A DNA stretch of 64,000 bases, from NCBI GenBank assembly GCA_018376135.1, contig JAHABX010000008.1, positions 29,793 through 93,792 on the forward strand. The letters are read 5' to 3'. The stretch comes from Clostridiales bacterium. Lineage in GTDB: Bacteria; Bacillota; Clostridia; Lachnospirales; Lachnospiraceae. The notes beneath the pieces were generated by a model that was not told where the DNA came from, searched no databases, and saw nothing but the letters and a program-made list of their open reading frames with translations. Numbering within the stretch: position 1 is the first letter of the stretch; each line of letters begins with the position of its first letter. A program made the translations under genes and the position numbers. Shown piece after piece: positions 1 through 9,601 of this stretch.

Positions 1-1
1 C

Positions 2-268
2 TATCTGATCCATGACCATTACCTGATCCGGTATCTGGTATGGGACACTTTCAGGGCAAGCAAGGTGGCGCGTACCCATTGGGCTGTGATCTATACCGTG
101 GGGATCGGGATCGTCGTGTACCTGATCTGTACCTGCCTGGAGCTGATTCGGCAGAAGCTGTTTGTCTTACTGGAAAAACCGTATAAAACGACACTATTAT
201 ATAAGAAGGAACAGCAATTTTGCGATTACTTGAATCAGATATTCAAAGATTCAGAAAAGTCCGCTTGA
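2..268 (+). CDS. C-terminal fragment of a hydrophobic (membrane) protein; the ORF is open from the window edge
   Basis: The reading frame is open from nt 2 to the stop at 266-268, so the tracked 65..268 ORF is only the tail. The hydrophobic stretch IYTVGIGIVVYLICTCL suggests a membrane segment. No family recognised. Confidence 0.35.
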   Translation, partial: YLIHDHYLIRYLVWDTFRASKVARTHWAVIYTVGIGIVVYLICTCLELIRQKLFVLLEKPYKTTLLYKKEQQFCDYLNQIFKDSEKSA

Positions 269-287
269 CAAAAGCGGGCTTTTTTGC
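257..287 (+). terminator. rho-independent terminator
   Basis: Hairpin CCGCTT-gacaa-AAGCGG followed by a T6 run, overlapping the stop codon. Confidence 0.6.
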
Positions 288-304
288 TATTATTTTTATC
301 AATG

Positions 305-600
305 AAATAAGTAAATGCGTTGAAGAGGAATAGTACATTCAGACTTGAATTCAGAGAGCTGTCGGGTGGTGTGAGACAGCAGAGAGGATGTCTGGAACTC
401 GCCTCCGAGCGGCTGTCCCAAATCTTCCCTGAGGGAGGAGAGTAGACACAGACGGGGTTCCTGCCGTTACCAAGGGAAGGATATAAGAATCGTATCCGTA
501 AGGTGTGTGAAGTCATTCATGAATTAGAGTGGTACCGCGTAAGGCAGTAGTCTTTCGTCTCTAAAGCTGAGAAGCTGTTAGGAGATGAAGGGCTTTTTTT
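305..600 (+). promoter_or_regulatory. T-box leader (likely Leu-specific) controlling leuA
   Basis: Conserved T-box sequence AATTAGAGTGGTACCGCG at ~522-539. An upstream stem-I region contains GAA-CUC-G, a candidate Leu CUC specifier at ~404. A terminator hairpin plus T8 run lies at ~565-598, 70 nt before leuA. Confidence 0.75.
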
Positions 601-670
601 TCGTTATTTCATAAGGCTGTGCAGACATGAAGGCACAGCGCGGAAAAGCAGAAAAGGAGAGATTGGAATT

Positions 671-2329
671 ATGATGAATTACAGAAAGTATACCAGACAG
701 TATTTTATGCCGCCTGAAAAATGTATGGACTGGGCATCCAGGGAGTATGTGGACCATGCACCGGTATGGTGCAGTGTGGATCTCAGGGACGGTAATCAGG
801 CATTGGTGGTGCCCATGACTCTTCAGCAGAAGCTGGATTTCTTCGAGCTGTTGGTGAAGATCGGTTTTAAGGAGATCGAGGTTGGATTTCCGGCAGCTTC
901 TGATACGGAATATGAGTTTCTGAGAGCTCTGATCGAGAGAAACCTGATTCCGGATGATGTGACGGTTCAGGTATTGACTCAGGCAAGAGAGCATATCATC
1001 CGCAAGACCTTTGAAGCACTGAAGGGCGTGAAAAATGCCATCGTGCATGTATATAATTCCACCTCTCTTTCTCAGAGAGAGCAGGTATTCCGCAAATCCA
1101 AAGAGGAGATCCTGGAGATTGCTGTCGAAGGAGCAAAGCTTTTAAAGGAGCTGACCGAGGAGGCAGGAGCGGATTATCGTTTTGAATACAGTCCGGAAAG
1201 CTTTACCGGAACAGAACCGGAATATGCACTGGAAGTATGCAATGCAGTGCTGGATGTGTGGAAGCCCACAGCGGACCGCAAGGCGATCATCAACCTTCCG
1301 GTAACGGTACAGCATTCTATGCCGCATGTATATGCACAGCAGATCGAGTATGTCAGCAAACACTTAAAATACAGAGAAAACGTATTGGTTTCCCTTCATC
1401 CGCACAATGACCGCGGGTGTGGGGTTGCTGATACGGAGATGGGACTTCTGGCAGGTGCGGACCGTGTGGAAGGGACGCTCTTCGGGAACGGCGAGCGTAC
1501 CGGTAATGTGGATGTTGTCACAGTGGCAATGAATATGTATGCGCAGGGCGTCGATCCGGAGCTTGATTTTTCCGATATGGTCGATATCTGCGAAAAATAT
1601 GAAGCCTATACCGGAATGAAAGTAGATGAGCGGAATCCGTACAGCGGAGCGCTTGTATTCGCCGCATTCTCCGGTTCCCATCAGGATGCCATCGCCAAGG
1701 GAATGAAGTGGATCGAGGAGAAGGCTCCGGAACACTGGACGGTTCCGTATCTTCCGATCGACCCGACTGATGTGGGAAGAAATTATGATGCAGATGTGAT
1801 CCGCATCAACAGCCAGTCCGGCAAGGGCGGAGTCGGATATATTCTGGAGAGAAACTACGGAATTGTCATGCCGGCGCCTATGAGAGAGGCTATGGGATAC
1901 GCGGCAAAAGCCGTTTCCGACAGACAGAACAAGGAGCTTCAGCCGGCAGAGATCTATCAGGTATTCAAAGAAAAATTTGTCGGAATCAGTCAGCCATATT
2001 ATGCGGTAGAGGTGCATTTCAAGCAGGAGAACGGTATAATTGCAGAGCTTACCACGACCTTTAACGGAGTGAAAAAGGTCTCTGTCGGAAGGGGTAACGG
2101 ACGTCTGGATGCAGCCAGCAATGCACTGAAGCAGGGGTATGGATTTAACTACAAACTGATCACCTATCAGGAGCATGCATTGGAGCAGGGAACCAGCTCC
2201 AGCGCCATCGCATATGTGGGAATTGAGACTCCGGACGGCAAAAAGCACTGGGGAGCAGCCATCAATCCGGATATTATCCATGCTTCTATTGATGCATTAG
2301 TAACAGCGATTAACCATTCGGTGAAATAA
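671..2329 (+). CDS. leuA: 2-isopropylmalate synthase (long form)
   Basis: N-terminal DRE-TIM motifs DLRDGNQA and HPHNDRG, plus a C-terminal LeuA dimerisation/regulatory domain. RBS AAAAGGAGAG. 552 aa. Confidence 0.9.
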   Translation: MMNYRKYTRQYFMPPEKCMDWASREYVDHAPVWCSVDLRDGNQALVVPMTLQQKLDFFELLVKIGFKEIEVGFPAASDTEYEFLRALIERNLIPDDVTVQVLTQAREHIIRKTFEALKGVKNAIVHVYNSTSLSQREQVFRKSKEEILEIAVEGAKLLKELTEEAGADYRFEYSPESFTGTEPEYALEVCNAVLDVWKPTADRKAIINLPVTVQHSMPHVYAQQIEYVSKHLKYRENVLVSLHPHNDRGCGVADTEMGLLAGADRVEGTLFGNGERTGNVDVVTVAMNMYAQGVDPELDFSDMVDICEKYEAYTGMKVDERNPYSGALVFAAFSGSHQDAIAKGMKWIEEKAPEHWTVPYLPIDPTDVGRNYDADVIRINSQSGKGGVGYILERNYGIVMPAPMREAMGYAAKAVSDRQNKELQPAEIYQVFKEKFVGISQPYYAVEVHFKQENGIIAELTTTFNGVKKVSVGRGNGRLDAASNALKQGYGFNYKLITYQEHALEQGTSSSAIAYVGIETPDGKKHWGAAINPDIIHASIDALVTAINHSVK

Positions 2330-2339
2330 GTAATATACA

Positions 2340-2392
2340 AAAAAGAAGAACGTTTTTCACAAATTTTTGTGAGAAGCGTTCTTTTTTTTGGT
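2340..2392 (+). terminator. rho-independent terminator after leuA
   Basis: Inverted repeat AAGAACG...CGTTCTT followed by T8. Confidence 0.6.
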
Positions 2393-2568
2393 TTTTGTCA
2401 TAAAAACGAAAAAAGTTGTTCATAATAGTTAACAAAATTGTAATATTTGTATTGACTTTTGGATTTGTCCGGAGCTATAATGCCAAACTGTAGGCGGGCA
2501 CGGCAGCAATTCATCCGTGCTCACGAAATGGCAGAGATGCCGCAATTGAATAGAAAAGGAGTGTATGT

Positions 2569-3246
2569 ATGCGTAGATGCTACCGGGGTGCGGCACTTGT
2601 ACTTGGGGGAATCCTCATGACAGGTATCACATCCTTCAACTCCTGCAGTATCGGTTCCTTGACCGTATATGCTGCAGAGGACATACCGGCTGAAGAACTG
2701 GAGACAGCATTTCAGGAGGAAGTCCAGACAGGGGAAGAAAACGTCGAAACAGAAATACAGGCAGAAGAAATGCCGGCACCTGAGGAAGTGACGGAAGAAC
2801 CGGTTCAGGCGGTGGAGGAACCAGTTCCGACGGCAGAGGAACCGACGCAGGCAGTTGGCACAAGTTTTAGTTTGGAGGAACAGGAGTATCAGGTACTCCT
2901 CAAAATAGTAGAAGCAGAAGCCGGGTGTGAGGACACCGCAGGTAAGATGCTGGTGGCGAATGTGGTTATGAACCGCGTCCGGAGCGCCCATTTTCCGAAT
3001 TCAGTTTATGAAGTGGTCTACCAGAGACATGAAGGAAGAGCACAGTTTTCCCCGATTGATGACGGAAGAATCGACACGGTCAGTGTGTCTGCGGACACCG
3101 TAGAGGCTGTTGCCAGGGTAATGAACGGAGAAGACAGCTCCGCAGGGGCGTTGTTCTTCCGGGCTGCAAGCTGTAACAGCAGATGGTTTGATCAGGCGCT
3201 GACGCGGGTGATCGAGCACGGCAATCACATTTTTTATACCATGTAG
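2569..3246 (+). CDS. secreted cell-wall hydrolase (SleB-like, Hydrolase_2 family) with an acidic E/P-rich linker
   Basis: Signal peptide, an EE/PE-rich low-complexity linker, and a C-terminal domain with VANVVMNRV...FPNSVYEVV...QFSP typical of SleB-like spore cortex/cell-wall hydrolases. Confidence 0.7.
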   Translation: MRRCYRGAALVLGGILMTGITSFNSCSIGSLTVYAAEDIPAEELETAFQEEVQTGEENVETEIQAEEMPAPEEVTEEPVQAVEEPVPTAEEPTQAVGTSFSLEEQEYQVLLKIVEAEAGCEDTAGKMLVANVVMNRVRSAHFPNSVYEVVYQRHEGRAQFSPIDDGRIDTVSVSADTVEAVARVMNGEDSSAGALFFRAASCNSRWFDQALTRVIEHGNHIFYTM

Positions 3247-3249
3247 GAA

Positions 3250-3287
3250 AAGAAAGAGGCAGATGCCTCTTTCTTTTTTTTAGTACC
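3250..3287 (+). terminator. rho-independent terminator
   Basis: AAAGAAAGAGGCAGATGCCTCTTTCTTTTTTTT. Confidence 0.7.
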
Positions 3288-3381
3288 TATGGTAGAATGG
3301 CGATAGAAATTCGGCAAACTGACCGGAGGCGGTATGACACAGACCGTCATACCGGAATATTTGGAAAAGGAATGAGAGAAG

Positions 3382-4875
3382 ATGGAATTGTTATATAAGA
3401 GTACAAGAGGCGGCGAGGAAGCAGTCACTGCATCCAGAGCGATTCTTCAGGGACTTGCCCACGATGGCGGACTGTTTGTGCCGGACAGGATTCCAGAACT
3501 GGATCTGTCCATGGAGCAGCTTTCCGGTATGTCTTATCAGGAAACTGCATACGAAGTGATGAAGCTGTTCCTGACAGATTTTACAGAAGAGGAGCTGAAG
3601 AACTGTATCAGCCGCGCATATGATGAGAAGTTTGATACGGAAGTGATCGCACCGCTGGCAAAGGCAGACGGTGCTTACTATCTGGAGCTTTTTCACGGAG
3701 CTACCATTGCGTTTAAGGATATGGCGCTTTCCATCCTGCCGCATCTGATGACGACCGCAGCGAAGAAGAATCAGATCAGCAATGAGATCGTGATCCTGAC
3801 AGCTACTTCGGGAGATACGGGCAAGGCTGCCCTTGCCGGTTTTGCAGATGTGCCCGGAACCAGGATCATTGTATTCTATCCGAAGAACGGTGTCAGCCCG
3901 GTACAGGAGAAGCAGATGGTGACCCAGAAGGGTGACAATACGTTTGTTGTGGGTATTAAGGGAAATTTTGATGACGCACAGAGTGGTGTGAAGGCAATTT
4001 TCGGAGATCAGATTCTGGAGCGCGATCTTGCGGAGGCAGGCTTCCAGTTTTCCAGCGCCAATTCCATTAATATCGGGCGTCTGGTTCCTCAGATTGTATA
4101 TTATGTATATGCCTGTGCAAAGCTTCTGGAGAGCGGTGAGCTCTCAGAGGGCGAGAAGATGAATGTGGTAGTGCCTACCGGAAACTTCGGAAATATTCTG
4201 GCGGCATATTACGCAAAGCAGATGGGAGTACCGATTGCAAAGCTGATCTGTGCATCCAATGACAATAAAGTATTGTATGATTTCTTCCAGACCGGAACCT
4301 ATGACCGGAACCGTCCGTTCATTCTGACGACTTCTCCGTCCATGGATATTCTGATCTCCAGCAATCTGGAGCGTCTTCTTTACCGTATTGCAGGAGGAGA
4401 TGCAGGCAAGGATGTGGAGCTGATGGACGCGCTGTCCAGGGAGGGCAGCTACCGGATCACTCCGGAGATGAAGGAACAGCTTCAGGATTTCTGCGGCTAT
4501 TATGCAACCGAGGCAGAAGCGGCAGAAGCGATCCGGAAGGTATATGAGGATACCGGCTACGTGCTGGATACTCATACGGCAGTTGCAGCCTGTGCTTATA
4601 AGAAGTATGTGGCAGAGACAGGCGATGAGGCGAAGACGGTGATCGCCTCTACAGCAAGCCCGTATAAGTTCACCAGAAGTGTTATGGATGCCATTGACAG
4701 TGAGAAATATGACAGTATGACAGATTTTGAACTGATCGATGAGCTGTCCAGAATCTCCGGTGTGGAAGTGCCGAAGGCGATCGAGGAGATCCGTACGGCT
4801 CCTGTACGTCACAGAAATATCTGTGAGGTGAAGGATATGAAGAAGACGGTCAGAGAGTTTCTCGGTGTAGAATAG
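3382..4875 (+). CDS. thrC: threonine synthase
   Basis: N-terminal ELLYKSTRG...GGLFVPD hallmark and PLP-fold motifs. 497 aa. Confidence 0.9.
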   Translation: MELLYKSTRGGEEAVTASRAILQGLAHDGGLFVPDRIPELDLSMEQLSGMSYQETAYEVMKLFLTDFTEEELKNCISRAYDEKFDTEVIAPLAKADGAYYLELFHGATIAFKDMALSILPHLMTTAAKKNQISNEIVILTATSGDTGKAALAGFADVPGTRIIVFYPKNGVSPVQEKQMVTQKGDNTFVVGIKGNFDDAQSGVKAIFGDQILERDLAEAGFQFSSANSINIGRLVPQIVYYVYACAKLLESGELSEGEKMNVVVPTGNFGNILAAYYAKQMGVPIAKLICASNDNKVLYDFFQTGTYDRNRPFILTTSPSMDILISSNLERLLYRIAGGDAGKDVELMDALSREGSYRITPEMKEQLQDFCGYYATEAEAAEAIRKVYEDTGYVLDTHTAVAACAYKKYVAETGDEAKTVIASTASPYKFTRSVMDAIDSEKYDSMTDFELIDELSRISGVEVPKAIEEIRTAPVRHRNICEVKDMKKTVREFLGVE

Positions 4876-4885
4876 GAGAGAGCAG

Positions 4886-5236
4886 ATGGCATTTGACGGA
4901 ATATTTAATCTGATCGATCTGATCGTACTGGGCTTTGGATTCTATGCGCTGTATGGGGCATATGTCCTTCAGCGGGAAGGAAAGATCGTGCGGACCTTTC
5001 TCGTATTCAAGGATACGGACATTGAGCAGTGCAGGGATCTGCAGGGGTATGCCAACTGTATGGCGCCAAAGCTGTGGGCACTGGGCGGCATCATGGTGGT
5101 ATACGGAATCATTTCTCTGCTGAATACATATGTGGTCGAGATCTCTTCACTTTTTATGGCAATGATGGCAGTATTTCTGCTGGCTCTTTTCTGGTATGGG
5201 ATGGAAGTCAGGAAAGCCATGAAAAAATACTTTTAA
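4886..5236 (+). CDS. small integral membrane protein, unknown function
   Basis: 116 aa, about 3 TM segments, RBS GGAGAGAG. No recognisable family. Confidence 0.45.
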   Translation: MAFDGIFNLIDLIVLGFGFYALYGAYVLQREGKIVRTFLVFKDTDIEQCRDLQGYANCMAPKLWALGGIMVVYGIISLLNTYVVEISSLFMAMMAVFLLALFWYGMEVRKAMKKYF

Positions 5237-5237
5237 C

Positions 5238-5267
5238 TTGACTTTTTTTTCACAAGATGTAATAATA
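5238..5267 (+). promoter_or_regulatory. sigma-A-like promoter for pckA
   Basis: TTGACT, a ~16-17-nt spacer, then TAATAAT. Confidence 0.4.
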
Positions 5268-5328
5268 CTTTCGACAGGTAAAACAAAAATAGAAGCTATT
5301 AATGAAGCAATATAAGGAGGACAAAGTC

Positions 5329-7035
5329 ATGTCAACAAAAGCGTACTATCCGCTGAGCGAAATCGGCAAGGGTAAGCCTGGTTTTTCCAAAACCCGTTCT
5401 ATTATTGAAGCTGCATTCTATGGCAACAATGTAGTAAAGGTTAACACCTTGAAAGAAGCTTACGAATTAGCAAAGAACTCTCCGGGAACGATCGTAACTG
5501 ATATGCCTGTATACAGAGGCGAAGAGTTCGGTCTTGAGAAAGATGCAAAAGTTCTTCTGTTCAACGACGGTGCAGTAACCGGACGTTACGCAGCAGCTCG
5601 CCGTATCAAGGGCGAACCGGGTGTGGATGAAGTTAAGCTTGATAAAATTGTTATGGATGCTGTATACGAGGCTCGTTGGAAAACCATGTATCATGCAACC
5701 TGTTTCGTAGGTCTTGATCCTGAATTTATGGTAAAAGCTCACCTTCTGATTCCGGAAGGAGAGGAAAATCTTCTTTACAACTGGATGATCAACTTCCAGT
5801 ATATGTCTGACGAATATGTAAAGATGTACAAGAATTCCCAGCCGATCGGTGATGGCAAGGAAGCAGATATCTACATCTTCTCCGATCCGCAGTGGGCTCC
5901 GCATGATGCTCCGGACCTGGATTACAGCTGCCTGAGCGATCCGCTGACTCTGTGCTACTTCGATACCAACGAGAACTGCGCAGCAATTCTTGGTATGAAA
6001 TATTTTGGTGAGCACAAGAAGGGTACTCTGACCATGGCGTGGGCACTGGCTAACAGAAATGGTTATGCAAGCTGCCACGGCGGACAGAAAGAGTATACTT
6101 TAGCAGATGGAAGCAAATACGTTGCATCCGTATTCGGTCTGTCCGGATCCGGTAAGTCTACTCTGACCCATGCAAAGCACGGCGGAAAATATCCGATCAC
6201 CGTACTTCATGATGATGCATTTATTATCAATACTGAGACCTGTTCTTCTGTAGCTCTTGAGCCGACTTACTTTGACAAGACTGCAGATTATCCAACCGGA
6301 TGCCCGGACAACCAGTATCTGTTATCTGCACAGAACTGCTCCGCTACTCTGGATGAGAACGGACATATTCAGCTTGTAACTGAGGATATCAGAAATGGTA
6401 ACGGTCGTGCGATCAAATCCAAACTGTGGTCCCCGAACCGCGTAGATAAGATTGACGCTCCTGTAAACGCAATCTTCTGGATCATGAAAGACCCGACCAT
6501 TCCGCCGGTAGTAAAACTGAAAGGTGCTGCACTTGCATCTGTTATGGGTGCAACTCTGGCTACCAAGACCTCTACTGCAGAGCGTGTTGCAGCCGGTACC
6601 GACCTGAATGCACTTCGTATCGTACCTTACGCTAACCCGTTCAGAACCTATCCGCTGGTTCATGACTATGATAAGTTCAAGAAGCTGGTTGATGAGAAGA
6701 ACGTAGACTGCTATATTGTTAATACTGGTGACTTCATGGGTCAGAAGGTTAAACCTGCTGATACACTTGGAATCCTTGAGACCATCGTTGAAGGCAAAGC
6801 TTCCTTCGAAAAATGGGGTCCGTTTGAGGATATCGAGATCATGAACGACTGGTCCGGCAAGACTGCAGACTTTACTCCGAACCTGCAGGACGCTGATTAT
6901 GTTGCAGCTCTGAAGAGCGCTATGCAGAACCGTGTAGATGCAGTTGCTAAATTCGCTACCGCTAAAGATGGTTATGACAAACTTCCGGATGAGGCTCTTG
7001 CAGCTCTCCAGAAACTGGTTGACGAATTAGCCTAA
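5329..7035 (+). CDS. pckA: phosphoenolpyruvate carboxykinase (ATP)
   Basis: Kinase-1a loop GLSGSGKSTL and PckA-family conservation throughout. The start at M10 of the tracked ORF is preferred because TAAGGAGGA sits 8 nt upstream. Confidence 0.9.
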   Translation: MSTKAYYPLSEIGKGKPGFSKTRSIIEAAFYGNNVVKVNTLKEAYELAKNSPGTIVTDMPVYRGEEFGLEKDAKVLLFNDGAVTGRYAAARRIKGEPGVDEVKLDKIVMDAVYEARWKTMYHATCFVGLDPEFMVKAHLLIPEGEENLLYNWMINFQYMSDEYVKMYKNSQPIGDGKEADIYIFSDPQWAPHDAPDLDYSCLSDPLTLCYFDTNENCAAILGMKYFGEHKKGTLTMAWALANRNGYASCHGGQKEYTLADGSKYVASVFGLSGSGKSTLTHAKHGGKYPITVLHDDAFIINTETCSSVALEPTYFDKTADYPTGCPDNQYLLSAQNCSATLDENGHIQLVTEDIRNGNGRAIKSKLWSPNRVDKIDAPVNAIFWIMKDPTIPPVVKLKGAALASVMGATLATKTSTAERVAAGTDLNALRIVPYANPFRTYPLVHDYDKFKKLVDEKNVDCYIVNTGDFMGQKVKPADTLGILETIVEGKASFEKWGPFEDIEIMNDWSGKTADFTPNLQDADYVAALKSAMQNRVDAVAKFATAKDGYDKLPDEALAALQKLVDELA

Positions 7036-7054
7036 TTCTGAGACATTATAAGGG

Positions 7055-7082
7055 CATCGCATATTGCGATGCCCTTTTACTG
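7055..7082 (+). terminator. rho-independent terminator after pckA
   Basis: GGGCATCGCA-tatt-GCGATGCCC followed by TTTTAC. Confidence 0.65.
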
Positions 7083-7156
7083 TAAAAAAACCTCTGTTTT
7101 CTGATGGGGTAAATCTTAAAGTATGTGGGGAATATATGTATAAGGAGGGGCATACA

Positions 7157-7918
7157 ATGAAACATGGAAAATTTGTACTGGAAACTTGTGCGGACAGCCC
7201 GGAATCTGCAATCGCAGCAGAAAAGGGAGGCGCAGATCGTCTGGAGATGTGCGGTCATCTGATCATTGGCGGTGTTACACCGGATGAGTGGCTGTACAGA
7301 GAGATACGCCGGGTGTGCAGCCTTCCGGTCCGTGTACTGATTCGTCCCAGATTCGGAGATTTCTGTTACAGCCGGCATGAATTTGAGATAATCCAGAATC
7401 AGGTGAAGCATTTCCGTGAATTGGGTGCGGATGCGGTGGTGATCGGCTGCCTTACTCCTGAGGGAAATCTGGATATGGATAAGATGGGACGGCTGACGGA
7501 GCTTGCCGGTGGTATGGAGATCACACTTCACCGTGCCTTTGATGTATGCAGGGATCCTTTTGAAGCTATGGAACAGGCGATTTCTCTGGGGATCGGAACA
7601 ATCCTCACTTCCGGTCAGGAAAGCAGCAGTCTGAAGGGACAGGAATGTCTGAAGAAGCTTCAGGAGCAGGCAGAAGGCAGGATCACCATTATGGCAGGAG
7701 CCGGCGTGAATGCGGAGGCAATCGAGAAGCTGTATCCGCTTACGGGAATTTGTGCTTATCATATGTCCGGCAAGAAGGTAGAGCCGTCCGTTATGCAGTA
7801 TCGAAAGGAAGGCGTGCCTATGGGACTTCCCGGGATCAGTGAGTTCGAGATCTGGAGAACAGAGGAGGAGGCAGTTAAGAAAGCTTCTGAAGTATTAGAA
7901 AGATTTTCAGGTACTTGA
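7157..7918 (+). CDS. cutC: copper homeostasis protein CutC family
   Basis: MKHGKFVLETCADSPESAIAAEKGGADRLEMC and the ~250-aa length match CutC. RBS AAGGAGGGG precedes M32 of the tracked ORF. Confidence 0.75.
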   Translation: MKHGKFVLETCADSPESAIAAEKGGADRLEMCGHLIIGGVTPDEWLYREIRRVCSLPVRVLIRPRFGDFCYSRHEFEIIQNQVKHFRELGADAVVIGCLTPEGNLDMDKMGRLTELAGGMEITLHRAFDVCRDPFEAMEQAISLGIGTILTSGQESSSLKGQECLKKLQEQAEGRITIMAGAGVNAEAIEKLYPLTGICAYHMSGKKVEPSVMQYRKEGVPMGLPGISEFEIWRTEEEAVKKASEVLERFSGT

Positions 7919-7959
7919 AAATATTAGAAGAAGTTTTTGAGCGCTGCAGTTGTCAAAAT

Positions 7960-8222
7960 CGATAAAATAGGTTATACTATGGTTACAGATTTCCTGGGGT
8001 GTTCGAGAGCCCTGTTATTTTGAACCTACATTTACGTTTATGGGATTCCAATATTTCAGGCGGGATGTCATGCCTCCATCCGTAAGGATGTCAGTGGAAG
8101 GCTGAAAGCCTGTTGAGGTTACCCACCTAGCTCTGGCTAGGCGTCAAAATACAGGGAACGGCACTTTGGGAAAGAGAAAGATACCGGGTATTGCATAAGC
8201 TGCAATGCCCGTTTTTTTTCGC
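7960..8222 (+). ncRNA. unclassified structured leader / ncRNA candidate ending in an intrinsic terminator, upstream of spoIID
   Basis: No coding potential. Several short GNRA-capped hairpins (CATCC-GTAA-GGATG, GGCT-GAAA-GCC, CCTAGC-TCTG-GCTAGG) and a T-loop-like GGGGT-GTTCGAG-AGCCC. It ends with the terminator at 8181-8222, only ~32 nt before the spoIID start codon. Confidence 0.3.
8181..8222 (+). terminator. rho-independent terminator
   Basis: GGGTATTGCA-taagc-TGCAATGCCC followed by T8. Confidence 0.65.
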
Positions 8223-8253
8223 AGGCAGCAGAGGTGACAGGGAGGGGGAAAGG

Positions 8254-9564
8254 ATGTATCAGAGAAGACTGAAGCATAAGGCGGTTCTTTTGCTGTGCAT
8301 GATGATATTTCTGGGGATACTGATTACCAAAGGAAAGCTTGAGGAATCTGGTGACGGCGAGGAAGGTGAGCGGCTTGTGATCCCGGAGACGGAAATACCG
8401 TCGGACGGTCCCAGGGAGGTCTGGCAGCTTCCGGGGGAGGATGCAGATATTCGGGTGCTGATCCTGAATGATCAGGGAAGTATGTATCATGAGGATAAGG
8501 AGCTTAAGAAGGAATATCCGGGAGAACTCCATTATTATGAGGAAGAGCAGGGATGGGTCATCATTAATGAACTTCCGCTGGAGGAATATCTGTGCCGGGT
8601 CGTGCCCAGTGAGATGCCGTCAGCTTATGCGGAAGAGGCATTGAAAGCGCAGGCGGTATGTGCGAGGACCTATGCAGTATGGCAGATGCGGGAATATGCG
8701 TATCCGGAGTATGAAGCGCATGTGGATGACAGTGTGTCGTTTCAGGTATACAATCATATCGAAAGCCAGGAGTCTACGGATAAAGCGGTGGAAGCCACAA
8801 GAGGACAGATTATGCTGTATGAGGACCTGCCGGTGAAGGCATATTATTTTGCAACCTCCTGTGGAAGCACTACGAATGAACAGATATGGGAAGAAGGCGA
8901 TGCAGCCCGGACTCCGTATATTGCATATCGGAGTGTAAATACTTCAGACACATCCAGGGACCTGACAGATGAGGAGACATTCTCTGCTTACATAAAGAAG
9001 AAGCATGCCGGTGATCTGGAGATCGGGGAGCCATGGTATCGCTGGAGCTGCTATGTTTCATTGGAGCAGATCCGGAAGAATGTGGAGAAATGGGCAGATA
9101 TCCGGGCGGAGAAGAGTGAAGACGGGATCCTTATGCAGGATGGAGAGGACTACATAAAGGAGCTTCAGGATATCGGTGAGGTAAAGGGCGCACAGATCAT
9201 AAATCGTAATGCAGGGGGCGCGGTACAGGAGCTTCTGATCCATGGAGAGGACGGCTGCATGAAAGTGAAGTATGAATATAATATTCGCCTGATGCTGGGG
9301 ATTCCCGGCGGAGAGATCCAAAAAAATGACGGGACTCTGGGAGAGGGAGGCAGTCTTCTGCCAAGCGGGTATTTTGTGCTGGAGCCGGTAGAAGAGAAAG
9401 GGGAGCTGGCAGGCTATCAGGTAACTGGCGGCGGACTGGGGCATGGCGCAGGTATGAGCCAGAACGGAGCAAGACTTCTTGCAGAGCAGGGCTGTGGTTA
9501 TGAGGAGATTCTTCAATATTTTTATAAAGGGATACGGCTTGCAAGATTGGGAGAAAAAGAGTAA
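8254..9564 (+). CDS. spoIID: stage II sporulation protein D (SpoIID/LytB domain)
   Basis: Signal/TM segment, then SpoIID/LytB-domain motifs (EEYLCRVVPSEMP...AQAVCARTYA, C-terminal GHGAGMSQNGA). RBS GGGAGGGGG. Confidence 0.8.
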   Translation: MYQRRLKHKAVLLLCMMIFLGILITKGKLEESGDGEEGERLVIPETEIPSDGPREVWQLPGEDADIRVLILNDQGSMYHEDKELKKEYPGELHYYEEEQGWVIINELPLEEYLCRVVPSEMPSAYAEEALKAQAVCARTYAVWQMREYAYPEYEAHVDDSVSFQVYNHIESQESTDKAVEATRGQIMLYEDLPVKAYYFATSCGSTTNEQIWEEGDAARTPYIAYRSVNTSDTSRDLTDEETFSAYIKKKHAGDLEIGEPWYRWSCYVSLEQIRKNVEKWADIRAEKSEDGILMQDGEDYIKELQDIGEVKGAQIINRNAGGAVQELLIHGEDGCMKVKYEYNIRLMLGIPGGEIQKNDGTLGEGGSLLPSGYFVLEPVEEKGELAGYQVTGGGLGHGAGMSQNGARLLAEQGCGYEEILQYFYKGIRLARLGEKE

Positions 9565-9601
9565 GATATTACATTAGCAGATACGAGGGATGGTTAAGAA
9601 T

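Noticed and set aside
1364-2281. 305-aa ORF on the minus strand, antisense to leuA.
   Set aside because: It lies entirely inside a well-supported conserved gene. It has no RBS and a low-complexity composition typical of antisense frames.
7064-7156. Upstream extension of cutC (the tracked ORF starts at 7064).
   Set aside because: It would start inside the pckA terminator hairpin. A strong RBS precedes the internal Met (MKHGKF), giving the normal CutC length.
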